64,000 nt of DNA from Chrysomallon squamiferum. Its lineage: Eukaryota > Animalia > Mollusca. Location: assembly GCA_012295275.1 (NCBI GenBank), contig CM022667.1, positions 12,338,001-12,402,000 of the forward strand, written 5' to 3'. Numbering within the stretch: position 1 is the first letter of the stretch; each line of letters begins with the position of its first letter. Shown here in pieces: positions 13,923 to 28,309 of this stretch. The notes beneath the pieces were generated by a model. That model did no database searches and was not told the DNA's origin. It saw only the letters and a program-made list of their open reading frames with translations. A program made the position numbers and the translations under genes.

Positions 13923-15259
13923 ATTATTATTATTATTATTATCATCATCATCTTCACATTATTATTATTGTTTGTTTATTATAATTATTATTGTTATTCA
14001 TTATTTATTATTATTCATCATCATTGTTATTAGTATTACTATTTTATTATTATTATTATTTTCATAATCATCATCATTATTATCATTAATGTTATTATTT
14101 TCTTATAATTGTTATTATTATAATAATTGTTGTTGTTGTTGTTGTTGTTGTTATTATTATTATTATGAAAATTCAGACAGTAACGACATTACTATATCGA
14201 ATATTATTTTGCGTAATAATTCATAACTAATTAATAATCAATCTGATGTATCAATGATAAGTTTTGATTCTAATAAAAACATTAAAAAAAGGATTCAGAG
14301 TATAATAATAGTTATGATAAAATGTTATAATTATATTAGCATTATTATTAATGAAAGTAAGTGGTATTCATAGTAGTAATACTAGTAACTGTAATAGTGG
14401 TAGTAGTAGTAAATGTAATATTATTAGTAATAGCTGTAGTAGTAGTAGTAGTAGTAGCAATAGTAGTAGCTGTGGAAGTTATATTTCTGTTATTATTATT
14501 AATAATTTATTCAAGTTAAACATAGCAGAAACAAAACTACAAGTAAAATAATATTTGTACTGAGAACAGCTTCTACAGCAGAATTAATGACCATGACCTA
14601 AATGCATCTAGTAGTAATAATAAACAAATAATAACAATAATAATAATAATAACAGTAGTAGTAATAAAAATTCCATCGAAGCAAATAAAGTAATGATTAT
14701 TTCTTTTGTTGTTTTGTTTTCTAATTCTAAAATGTTTCTATATTACTGAACTACAGTACTTTGAAATCTTTCTAAACTATATATATTCATAAAATCTCTT
14801 TAAAAAAAAAAAATAGATTTTAGATGTAATACAAACTAAATTTTCAACAGATTACATAGATGTCTGTTCTAATGTATAATTTACGAGTCAAAGTTCAAAG
14901 AATTTTATTTCCCTCTATTTACTTCATTGCTGAGTTATATTGATCATTACATAGATATATTACGTCAGATATTGACAAAGTCTAAGTAAAATTCTGTTAA
15001 GAAATGTAAAATAATAATAATGTAATAATTTTATACAATTTGGAAAAATCATTCGCACGAACACGCGCATTTACATTTATCAGAATAATACTTTATCACT
15101 TGAAATTGGCATCGTTCCCAATGCGACCTTGAAAATGATTTTTGCGGAACTGAAATATCCTCCAAAAATTACAATTCTAAATTTCATAGTCAAGGATTTA
15201 AATAATTTAATCCTCGTAAGAAAGCGAAATCATTAACTATTCATTTTAATTAAAAAAAA

Positions 15260-15293
<34 letters not shown>

Positions 15294-15380
15294 TTAATAA
15301 GAAACTAATAAATATTCCTAAAAATAAATTAATATAAATGAATTAATATTTAAATGAAAATAAATAAACAAACAAACAAA

Positions 15381-15423
<43 letters not shown>

Positions 15424-17567
15424 AAAAAAAATAATAAGAAAAAAAAATAAGAAGAAAATTATTTAAGTTTTTAGTTAAAAATAAATACAGTAACAATTAA
15501 AGCAAATAAAAAAAAAAAAAAAAACCCCACAGAAGTATTTAAACACTATTTTTATAAAAGAAGAAAAACACCCCCTCTTTAGAACAATCTGGACCCGCGC
15601 CTCGGGGAAAATATTACAAAGGACTGCGAAACGCGCAGGTCGCAAAGCATGACTGAAATTCGACACCGTTTGTAATTGAGCCGTCATTTATAAACGAGGT
15701 CCCGATATAACCGGTAGCCCACCGAGGGGAAAAAGTGTTCACAGGCCTTTCAAACTTCTCTCATAGCCATTTAGCGCCATCAGATAATCATGTAATTAGG
15801 GTTATGATAAGATATCGAGAGAAAAAAAAAAAAAAAAAAAAAAAAAAGAAGAGTAAAAACTTGATAGCGCTCTCCATGATTGCTCACTTTGCCTGCTTGC
15901 AGTCAGTGAGTGAGTGAGTGAGTGAGTGAGCCTGTGCCTGTGCAAAATGTTGCCGATTTCATAGAAATTGTAACATCAGTGATTTAGGGATAGAATGAAA
16001 GATGAAATATTGTTAATAAAAAAAAAAAAAAAAGAAAAGGATTATTATTTTTAATTGAATGACTGATTTTTTTTTTTTTTTTTTTTTTCATTATCTGGAG
16101 TATTTATATTTTGGGGTGTGGGTTTATATTATTTTTTTTTTTTTTTTTTTAAAACGCAAGTTAAATATTCCATATCAGATCTAACAATGTACCATCAGTG
16201 GTTATTGTTTTCAAATAATGTATTAATTAAACGACTGTAATAGAAAATTTCTGTGAGCGCCTTATTCGTTTTTACAACTATTAACTTAAATATTTATTTT
16301 TCTCTTCTGTTGTTTAACGTATGAATAGTAGGTATCAAAATCGTAAACTGAATCTGCTTTCAGCATAAATCAATAACATTACAATTAAATGTAACAATGA
16401 TTTAAATTAATCTGAAAAATATATTTAGTCTGAAGGGAACATAACCTAAAGCTATTGCTCGAACATAAAAATATAACAGTAAATGAAAACGTATAAAATT
16501 CGAAATATACGTGAAACGAACATAACTGAATAGGTATGTAGCAAACAATATACATATTATTAATTTAAACATACACACACACAGACACACGCACGCACAG
16601 ATATCATAATCAACATAACTTTAATGCCTATCATTGTACAGTACACACAGACATATATATAACGCGAATTCAACGTAATTTTAAACATACATAACTCGGA
16701 CGTACATAATGTGCGTGGACACGGAAATTTACATAATTTCAAAAAGCAGTTACTTAGATTAGAATGTTCAGATTTAAAACTTACGTAATAAGTAGTTAAG
16801 AATCGATTTACTGCATGTTAATTTAATGTCCAAATACCTATCGAAGTGAAGTTTATTGGTAACGAACATAACTCGAAACGAGTATAACTGATAAGGAACG
16901 TAACTCGAAAAGACGATGATTGAAAACGTACACGAAAATGAAAATTAACTCTTGTGACGAGAAGCGACTGGAATTAGAAATGTACACAGAACGAAATGAA
17001 CACAACTGAAATGAACACAACTGCAATGAACGGCCGAAAACGCACAGTGATGAAAACATCCAGATAACGCGAAAGAAACTTAACACAGATTACGAAATTA
17101 AACTTATTGTATATATAAGTAATAACGTACGTAACTGTAAAAAAAAATTACACAAAATAAACAAAACGAGAAATTTACATTTCTACAAACGATGCATGAA
17201 TTAAATTAGCTTTCACCGTTAGGAAAGTTCTGTAAATTATTATTATTGTTGCTCGTTTTATTCCTGTATTAATTCTCGGTCCTGCAATAATTCTGTAGTG
17301 AATCTTTTTTATACTGTTTCTTAAGAATGCTGCCTATGTGTTTTATATAGCAGGACATATTTCAATAAAAATGTATATATGTCTGTCTGTGTGTACGTAC
17401 GTATGTACAGCCGAAACAGCAAGAGATGTCATCAAATCTTTACCGTGACACCTCAGCCGCCACAACCTGTCACACAACGTCTCACGTCGCGAGACGCTGA
17501 CTCGCTCTTATTACCTGTTAATACCTGTAACATCAAAGGACAAAGGTAAGAAAGGTGCAACACTTAC

Positions 17568-17810
17568 CAGAGGTGAGTAAAAGGCCGATCCTTCTGCACC
17601 CAGAGCCACGTACCCCTGGGACACGGCGGCAGCGTAGGCCGACGCAGTGTACATGCTTTCCGCTAGTCCCGGGACACGGGGGTAGTTCAGCAGGGCGGTT
17701 CCGTACTGGCAGGAGCAGATCGTTTGTCCCGTGTGAGGGTCCGTCATTATAGGACGGCCATTTTCACAACATGCCCTAGGCGTGGCCGTTGGCGGAGAAG
17801 AGCTTGTCAT
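17568..17810 (-). CDS. Irx: Iroquois homeobox gene, coding exon 2 (MTSSSPP...CCENGRPIMTDPHTGQTICSCQY...SAFYSPL)
   Basis: Acceptor tttctttttcgttcaag|ATG, donor CTG|GTAAGT, 243 nt, phase 0-0. Contains the conserved Iroquois N-terminal motif CCE.GRP..TDP.TGQT.CSCQY and FYSPL. Confidence 0.95.
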
Positions 17811-18359
17811 CTTGAACGAAAAAGAAATAAAACATTAATTAATTAATTAATAATAATAATAATAGCAGTAATAATAATAGTAATAGTAATAATAATAATA
17901 ATTAATAGTATGATAATAACTGTGTGTGTGTTACTGTTTCATTATGTTCCGTATTATAATTATAATATCAGTTATTATTAGAAATTAATTAAGTTGTAAT
18001 CGTTAAATTTCATTTAGACGTATTAACAAGATTTTAAAAATTTAGATAAATAAATGATTTGAATTAATTTTAACAAAGTGTATGTCAGGTTTTAAAATTT
18101 ATTAATTTCACAAATGTAATAACTGTTATTTAAAAAAAAAAAAAAAGTAAAAGTAAGTGTAAATTTTAAAATTTGGAAACAAAAATTATGTTTAAAAAAA
18201 GCATAACTCCAAAGAAAAAATAAACGAAAATATATATATATTAAATAATATTTATAAATAAAGTTTAACAAACATTTTTTTTATAAGTAATTAATCAAAT
18301 TAAAATCCAATAAAATTTTTTAAATACAAGTTGCAAAGAATCTATTAAATTTAAATTTA

Positions 18360-18419
<60 letters not shown>

Positions 18420-18475
18420 CAAATGATCAAGTAATAAATGCTTAATGAAATCAAACAGACAAAGATTACACATAC

Positions 18476-18535
18476 CTGAGAATTTGGTCTTGTAACAGTG
18501 GTAGGTACCAAACCAGAAATCTGACTAAACGACAT
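18476..18535 (-). CDS. Irx: Iroquois homeobox gene, coding exon 1 (MSFSQISGLVPTTVTRPNSQ)
   Basis: ATG at 18535, 60 nt open, ends CAG|GTATGT (phase 0). The MSF.Q start resembles the MS(F/Y)PQ N-terminus of Irx proteins. Phase matches exon 2. Too short to appear in the ORF track. Confidence 0.8.
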
Positions 18536-18982
18536 CCCACGCTTGATTATAGCGTGTCCCACTTATTTCGTTTTAAACTTTCTTTATGTATATATCTATC
18601 TATCTATCTATCTATCTATCAATTCTATTTTATTTTATTTTTTAACTCTTAATTCCACTCTAATCACTGAACAACAAACAACTGCAACGACGGCGTGATG
18701 TCGTCACGCCTGTAGAACAACAATATCACTGCACGGCGCTGTCACGATGAACAACGTCTTGTTCGATGGAACATACAAGTCACCTAAACAGTATCCGTGT
18801 TGGAGTGCGAGAAGGCATCGTTCGGAACATGGGCGTTTGTCGTTTTTAGACCAGCAAATGGTTTTTCTAAGTTGCTGTACACAGGCCAAACCAGCTCACA
18901 TTAATATGGAATGATAGTAGATTTATTGAGAACACTATTGAGCACTTCGGTTCGCTTCTGTTTCTACAACAAGTCCGACACG

Positions 18983-19105
18983 ATTGGCGATCCGCTGCTT
19001 GACGTCACACGACGTTTTATTGATCGACTAGTCGGGACTTTGAGAATACGCTCCGCCCATCTGGAATGAAGCTTTGTACGCCCCGCCCATCCAAGTGCCA
19101 ATTGG
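18983..19105 (-). promoter_or_regulatory. Putative TATA-less proximal promoter of Irx
   Basis: Within about 125 bp: CCAAT (minus strand, 18983-18987), perfect CRE TGACGTCA (19000-19007), two GC boxes in a direct repeat tacgcYccgcccatc (CCGCCC 19053-19058, CCCCGCCC 19081-19088), and palindromic CCAATTGG (19098-19105). Located 450-570 bp upstream of the ATG. Confidence 0.65.
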
Positions 19106-19368
19106 AACTGAGGTCCTGCCTTCATTCCCTTGCCCACTTTTTCTTTTTTCTTTTTTTTTCTTTAACGTAACAAGAGTGAAAATGTTGTTTTGCTTTCATT
19201 TTTTTTTTTTTTTTTTTTTTTTCGTTTGTTGTTGAAGTGAACAAGGGGATCGTGTAGAAGTGATGTGAGATAATGTATTAAATTAGGTATTCTGTAAATG
19301 ACGTTTTATTTAGTTATTTATTTATTTATTATCATCTTCATCAGTACATCATCATAATCATCATCATC

Positions 19369-19415
<47 letters not shown>

Positions 19416-19912
19416 TTATTAATTAATTAATTAATTGATTGATTTTATATTTATTTATTTATTGGAAGACGAACCTAATTTCGCATTCAGCGTTTAGGAT
19501 TATTTACTATCAACTTTTTCAGGTATCTACTGACTTATTTATTTACATAATTAATTAAATACCTAAATATCACTTCATTCATCAGTGATTCATTGAATTT
19601 TCTTTTTATTCATAAATTTATTCCTTTTTATTAATTGTTGCATATTTTGATTTTGATTTATTTATTTATCTATCTATCTATCTATCTAACTCTCTATTTA
19701 TCTATTCATTTATCAGTCATCTGTTTATCTCTCCACCTATCTATCTCTCTTTCATCTATATATATATATATATCAATGCATCTATTTATTTATCTGTATA
19801 TCTGTATATCTATATATCTATCTATCTATCTGTCTATTTATCTATATATATATATATATACCTACACACACATATATATGTGTGTGTGAATATATATATA
19901 TTTACATACATA

Positions 19913-19978
<66 letters not shown>

Positions 19979-20739
19979 TTTTTCGCCTATATCGTCATTT
20001 ACACCTGTATTAAACAAGACAGTTTCTGTGAGTCACGTCTTCTTGACGTGATGATTGTCTGCTTAACGTCTTCCAAGCAGCTGAAACAAAAATGTGCGCT
20101 CGTTCGATAGGAAAGAAAAAGAGAAAAAAAACTCATTTCATATTCAGACAACATGTATCTATGACAACACACGACTGCTTTGAAAACTTTTACTTTTCAC
20201 AAAAACACGCACTCAACCATCGAAATTGGACAAAAGCAAACAAACGCGGACACCATCAAAAACCGAAAAGTGCCGCATTCAACCACACGTGTAGTCTTTT
20301 TTTTTTTTTTTTTTTTTTTTTTACTCGTTTCAGTTACCTCTAAGGCTAGAGAAAAAAAAAAAAAAAGGTTTTTTTTTTTTTTTCGAAGACGTCACCGCCG
20401 TTCAAATGAAGAACGAAAAATACATGAACACCTTTTCCCTCTCATTACGTTAACTGCTACGACGACACCCACGTCCACGTGGGCAAATTTACACATGTTT
20501 TTTGGAGACTCCCAAATTTAGCGAAGGTCTCTGTTGACAGAGGCACAAGGGTCGGTGCTGGAACGGCGGAGTTTTTCTTTTCAACTCTTTCTAATAATAT
20601 TTCACTGGACGAACTCACGAAGCCCTTTTACCAAGCGAGCACAGACTAATGGGGATAAACGCTTCACATTAAAGAAAATCTCTTGTTTGTTTTTAGAAGA
20701 TAAAGTGTTTATGTCAACTGATACTATTGTGTCTCGGTG

Positions 20740-20780
<41 letters not shown>

Positions 20781-20946
20781 CACGCCTCCGGTTATGTTTT
20801 GTGTTAACTAATACATTTTCGTGTGTTTGTTGCGGCTTTTAATTTTTTTTTTTTTTTTCTTTTTTTATCTTGTATCTTGTTATATTTTTAAGGTGTCTAT
20901 TGTTATTTCTTGTTTATGTAAACAGAGGAATAATGATTCTCTTTAA

Positions 20947-21020
<74 letters not shown>

Positions 21021-21595
21021 GTATTGAAATAAAGCACTCACATAGGCATTATATATATATATAGATGTACACCTAATATATTTAATGCGCGCATGTATAA
21101 CTGTAGTAGCAACAAAAAAAAAGAAGCAAACAACAATAACAGTAATCATGTTAATGTAGATGATGATATAAAAGAATAAATAAATAAATAAATATAATAT
21201 AATATAATATAATATAATATAATATAATATAATATAATATAATATAATATAATATAATGAACTGAAATAAAATAAAATAAAAAAAAACAAAAACAAAAAC
21301 AAAACAAAACTAATATAAAATAAATTATAATAATTTAAAATAAAAGCAAAGTTTGTTTTAAGGAACATAAACTTTAAACTGTAAATTGTTTATTCTGGCT
21401 ACGGTAAAAACACACGTGGAAGCATGTTTTCTTACTTAATTAGAAAAACGTTAGTTACAATCCGACGTTTGATGTGTTTATAAAAATAAAAAAAAGTAAT
21501 AATAAAACACCCGTAAAAATCTTATTTATTGTCTCATCTGTTTCTTCGATTTTTTCTTCTTTTTATTTTTTTATTTTTTTGGGAGAAATATTTAA

Positions 21596-21628
<33 letters not shown>

Positions 21629-21669
21629 TTTCTTTCTTTTTAATCTGTCTTTCTATTTTCTTTTTAAAT

Positions 21670-21702
<33 letters not shown>

Positions 21703-21816
21703 CTTGTTAGATAAAAACTGAGTGCGGCAGGAAGGAAAGAGGTAACAATATAGGAATATAAATAAAGAGAAAAATAAGATCTACAAAAAAATATATACAG
21801 AAATACATCAGATAGA

Positions 21817-21918
<102 letters not shown>

Positions 21919-23030
21919 CTACAAACAAATATAGAGAAATACAGACAGACAGACAGAAATACAGACAGAAAGATAACATACATACGTAGACAAATATCCA
22001 TACAGACAGCGATAAGCAAACGGCCAAACAGATTAAAAAAAAAAAAAAAAAAAAAAAAATGTAAACAGAGAGACCGAAAGAGAAAGATGAAAACTAATGA
22101 AAATCAGGAACACACAAACAACCAGTTTTTCACAAATTTGTTTCATTCACGGTGAATCAAGACAAACCCTCTCTCAATTCTTTGTTTTCTTTAACTCCGC
22201 AAACACAGGGTTTTTAATCGAGAACTACCGATTCTTTCAAAAACAGAGCCGCCATTTTGAAACCAATATTTCAGTCGACGTTGCGCCTCTTGCATAAACA
22301 CATTGTACATATAATTTACAACAGCGTTTTATTTATCAATTTAACCTGGCTGTTGGGGCCCGTTGGGCGAATTTTATGTCGCGTTTTACGCTTCTTAAAT
22401 TTTATTCTCCTGTCCACTGTTTATACGATTTTGCGGGCATCATGCGGCGAAATCGGGTCCTTTGTTGAACAGTTTTCGCAGATAATGACGTTGTTTATGT
22501 TGGCGGGTCCCGCGTATAGCATGTTACTTGGCTAAGGCGCCCGTTAACAAAGCTTTCTTTGTATTTGAAATAAACTTCATTGTTATTCATGATACGGCTG
22601 GAATATATTAGGTCCGTGGACAGCGGACGTTTTATGGGCCCAGTGCCGCGGTCAGGGGAGGTTACGTCAGTGCCACGAGTGACCAGTCTGTCAATCAACC
22701 GGACGGCCACTGTGGCGTGTTGCAGACGTCGTAAAAGTGACTATAACATTACTATTTCATGTTATAGCCTTTTCATTATCATTGATATTATGTTATAAGA
22801 TGCGGACACCGTTTGCTGTGAAGAAAGTTACTACTACTTGCTGCAAGACAAGTAATGTGTGTATTTGACATATGGTAGAATTAACAGGTGTTTTGTGCGT
22901 GCGTGCGTGTGTGTTTATGTGTGTGTGTGCGCGCATGTTTGTCTGCAGATGGACGTGCGTGTTTTGAGAAGTGTACTTTGTGACTGATTGATCATGCATT
23001 TTATATATATATTTTTTATCTATTTCACGT

Positions 23031-23115
<85 letters not shown>

Positions 23116-23340
23116 GACACACACACACTCTCTCTTTCATTCTTCCAGTTTCGAAAGACAAACGCGAATTATTAATGAATGTTAACTTGCATATTTATAT
23201 TTTTATTTTATATCATATATTCGTGTTTGTGTTTGTATGTTTATATATATTTGTATGTATGCACCTATGCATGGATGTAAATGTAATTACGTATCCATAT
23301 GTCTATGTGTATATCCTATATATGTATGTATACACGTATG

Positions 23341-23372
<32 letters not shown>

Positions 23373-23695
23373 AGTATGTATGTATCTTATTTTTTATTTT
23401 AATTTTTCTAATTTTCTGGATTATCTGTATATTTTATCTTCTAAAAGCATCGATCTAAATAAACAATAACGGATGGCTGTTTAAATATTACCAACATATT
23501 CAACAATTTTGACGAAAATAATTATGTGACAACAGATACAACAACCATTTTAAGTCTCATCTTAGCGTATAAAAATTCCATCACGTAAAAACAAAACTCT
23601 TAAGCAAATAACAAAAGTACTTACAACACAGGTAGGTTCTATTTCTTTCTTACTTCTTCTTTATTATTTTTTTTATTTTTTCTTATTATTATTTC

Positions 23696-23728
<33 letters not shown>

Positions 23729-24491
23729 CCGATCTTCCAGTGAAACTGGCGGGGGGGGGTCATAATTTTTTTTTTTTTTTTTTTTATGTTATTTTTTTTT
23801 TTTTTTTTTTTTTTCAGTTGCACGAACAAATGAGTATTTTGTGCTACTCATCAGCGAGAATAATTTATGAAGATAAATAATTTCTTATTCCCCGGTTCAC
23901 TTCACAAGACTAGCATATTTTCAAACAGTAATTTTGTCACCGGTGGGACAGCCCAAAGGGCAAAAAAAGCATGTACAAACGTCCGAACGTCATGCTATGT
24001 AAGACGGACGCCCTCGAAGACGACAACCTCGTCTCACACACACACGGGAAATGCGCACGTGTTTCTTAATTCAAGTTTAATTCCAAGAGATCCTTGTTTA
24101 ACTAAACTGAGTATCTTGGGAAATTAATTTATTTGTTCGGCAATTGTCTTGGTATTCGTCTACAGAGCAAGGGACCGAATACCAGGTACACGTAATTGAA
24201 TAACAAAGTCCCGGTCAGCGTTAGTTTTTTGGTTGTTTTTTTCAAAACTGTTGTTACAAATTACAGTATAGAACATTTTTTACAAGGGTCCCTCTAGATT
24301 GGTGTGTTTTTTATTAATTCATAAGTTAAGGCGAATGATACAGGGTTACCTCGGTTGAACATTTCTGAGAAAGAAAAAAAAAAAACCTTTGGGGAAAAGA
24401 AAAAAAAAGATGTTCTTCTCTTTATTTCTTTCTTCTTCTTCTCTGTCTTTGATTGGGATGAGAAATGTGTGGGAAAACTGTTGATGCCTCT

Positions 24492-24526
<35 letters not shown>

Positions 24527-24611
24527 CTTACTTTCTTATTTTGTTATTTTTATTTTATTTTATTATTTTTTTTTATTTATTTATTTATTATTTATTTATT
24601 TATTTACGTAT

Positions 24612-24650
<39 letters not shown>

Positions 24651-26263
24651 TTTGTTTATTGCTATATATTTACTTGTTAGCGTTCTTCTAAAATTAGTTT
24701 CAGAAGCTGAAATACAAAGTTTAAAAAATACGATTATCAAAATAATTAGTTCCAAAAAATTAATGCATATTAATAACTCGAAAATTCAAACATTATCTAA
24801 ATACTATTAATTTGTAAAAAAATCTAATGCAAATGTAATATATAATTAAATATATTAAGGAGCCCAAATAAAAACAAACACCTAAATTCTGTTTTTTTTT
24901 TTAGTAGTAGTGATAGTAGTAGTGATAGTAGGAATAGTAGTAGTAGCAGCAATATGAGTAGAAGTAGGAGCACCAGTAGTAATAGTAATAATGGTAATAG
25001 TAGTAGTAATAGTGATCGAAATAGTAACAAATATTAGAAATAAGTATGAATACATATATGCATTACATATGTATCTATATATATATATGTGTGTATGTAT
25101 GTATAAATGTAGGCATTTATGTAGATATTTATCTATATATGTACGTGTGTGTGTGTGTGTGTCTGTGTGTGGTATGTACATAATTGCGTATACGATGGTC
25201 ATAATTACATGCTGCACTCTGATTCAGCAAAAAATATCGTTTTTTTTTTTTTTTTTTTCCTTTTTTTTTTTCGTGTGTTAATTTGTTACTCTTGACCTGC
25301 TTCGGACAGGCTAGGCGTGTATTAATTATGTATAAAAAGCAGAGAAAAGAGCGTGTGTAATCAGAGTACCTTTCCGCTTGGTTTCTTACTAATTGCTAGA
25401 GATGTTTGCACTGCTGGTAATTAAACAGTAGTGAAATTTAATATAACAGCACTCGTTTGCGTTAACTCACTTTATACACGCACTGGCACGTGTGCACCTC
25501 AAATACTGCTCTCTGTGTGTTTATTTATGTACATATACATGAATATACATATACATATAAATGTATATATATATAAAGGCCAGAGAGAGGGAGAGTCAGA
25601 ATTAGGAGAGCGAGAGAACCTTTTCCTTTGTTTGTTTGTTTGTTTGTTTGTTTATTTGTTTGATTGATTGTTTATTTCATTTAACTTTTCTTTACTTGAT
25701 TTCTTTTTATTTTTAAGTTTATATATTCCGTTATTTAGTTACTTATTAATTTCGTAACAGTAACACTGAGGCGTAGCAGTAGTAGCAGCAGTAGTAATCA
25801 GAGCTGCAGTAACAACAGCACCAGTAGCGGGACTAGTATAAGAGATAGCAGTAGTAGTAGCAGAAGAAGAAGCAGAAGGAGCGGCAGCAGCCACGTAGCA
25901 GACGTAGTAAATTATCTTTCACCTTATCATTTACAAGAAGTAACAGTAAAACAAACACAGACATTGCCGACATACAACGCAAAACGAACATCTCTGCCTT
26001 ATCCCTCGACGGCATCTGAACTTGTCATAAAAGCGAGGTTTGACAAACAGCTTAGCACGTAAAATGATACCACGCATGGCCTCGCCGTTCCACTTCCGGC
26101 GCAGGACAATTTTCAAGCCGAGGGAGACTACTGAAGCGATAAATACGGCTGCCATGATGCAGACATGTGTAAGACATGCGGTAATTAACTGTTCCTATTT
26201 CACACTGTACGTCTGGGACACGATCATTTACTTGTTGTCATATCATTTTCAACAGTTCACAGT

Positions 26264-26980
<717 letters not shown>

Positions 26981-27493
26981 TTATTTATTTATTTTATTTA
27001 TTTATTTGTCCCTGACTTGTTCACCTTAAGGAGCTATTTTCAAAGAAGAAACCGTTACTTTCTGGTATTGTTCAAACAGCAACTCTTCACGTCAACCATC
27101 GCTTTTCCTAACCCTTGTTATTGGCCAATTTTGTCTTCTGACTAATGAAGCCATAAACACAGTAATTATATTATTTAGTTACCTTCACGTGGTCCTTTTA
27201 CCATCTCCATTTCAAATAAACATCTGTTTGAGTACAGACAGTAATAGTTTTCAAGCAATTTAACTTTTCAAGTCTTTTTTTTTTCTTCTTCTTTTCTGTT
27301 TTTTTTTTTTTTAGTCGCAAGCCACATAATGCTTTTTGTCAAAAATAAAAACATTTGAAAATGACATTAACAACTGCACAAACAATTATCTGCTCTTTAA
27401 AAATTTGATACTGTCATTTATATTAGTTTCTTTTCTTCACGAGTTTATTCGTTGATACTTTTGTGTGTGTGTGTGTGTGTGTGTTTGTGTGTT

Positions 27494-27537
<44 letters not shown>

Positions 27538-28309
27538 AAATTTTGATTGTTTTAGTTTGTTGTATGTTTATTAGATTATATGTATTTATTTTTATTATTA
27601 TTTTATTATTATTATTAATATTTTGCCGTTATTGTTGTTGTTTATGCATATATTTAGTTATTTACTTATTATGTGTTTATTTAATTATTTTTATATTTAT
27701 TTATTTACTTATTTATTTGTTTGTTTATTTGTTTGTTTGTTGATTAATTCATTCATTTATTTATTACGTATTTATTTACTCATTTTTGTATATTTATTTA
27801 TTCATTCATTCATTGAATCATTTACGTGTGTATTTATTTATTTATTTTCTTATTTATATATTTATTTATTTATTGATTCACATATTTATTTATTTATTTA
27901 TTTTCTTATTTATTTATGTATTTATATATTTATTTGTTTATGAATTTAGTTATTTATTTATTTTTGCTTGTTTGTTTGTTTTATCGTTATGTATTTTTTT
28001 TTTTAGTTAGATAATAAATGGTAGCACATTTTTAACTAAATCAGATAATCTGTATTTCTAACACGAGCAGTGTTAGTATATCATGGGATACTGACTAATT
28101 AAACCAGGAGAAACCAGGTAATGTTTTAACATCAGCAACCTGATAACTCCACTCCAAACAAAACACGACTTTTATTTATTATTATTTCTTTATTATTTGA
28201 CTTTTAAATTCTTACTTAACAGAGAATAATAACATAATATTTTCATTTAAGAATTTTAGGTCATAAACTTTTCATTAATTTTTATTTATTGAAATATCTG
28301 TTTCGATTC

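Noticed and set aside
17543-17580. Strong plus-strand donor-like sites (AG|GTAAGA, AG|GTGAGT) antisense to the Irx exon 2 end
   Set aside because: No supporting antisense exon structure; such 8-mers arise by chance and one is dictated by the YSPL codons.
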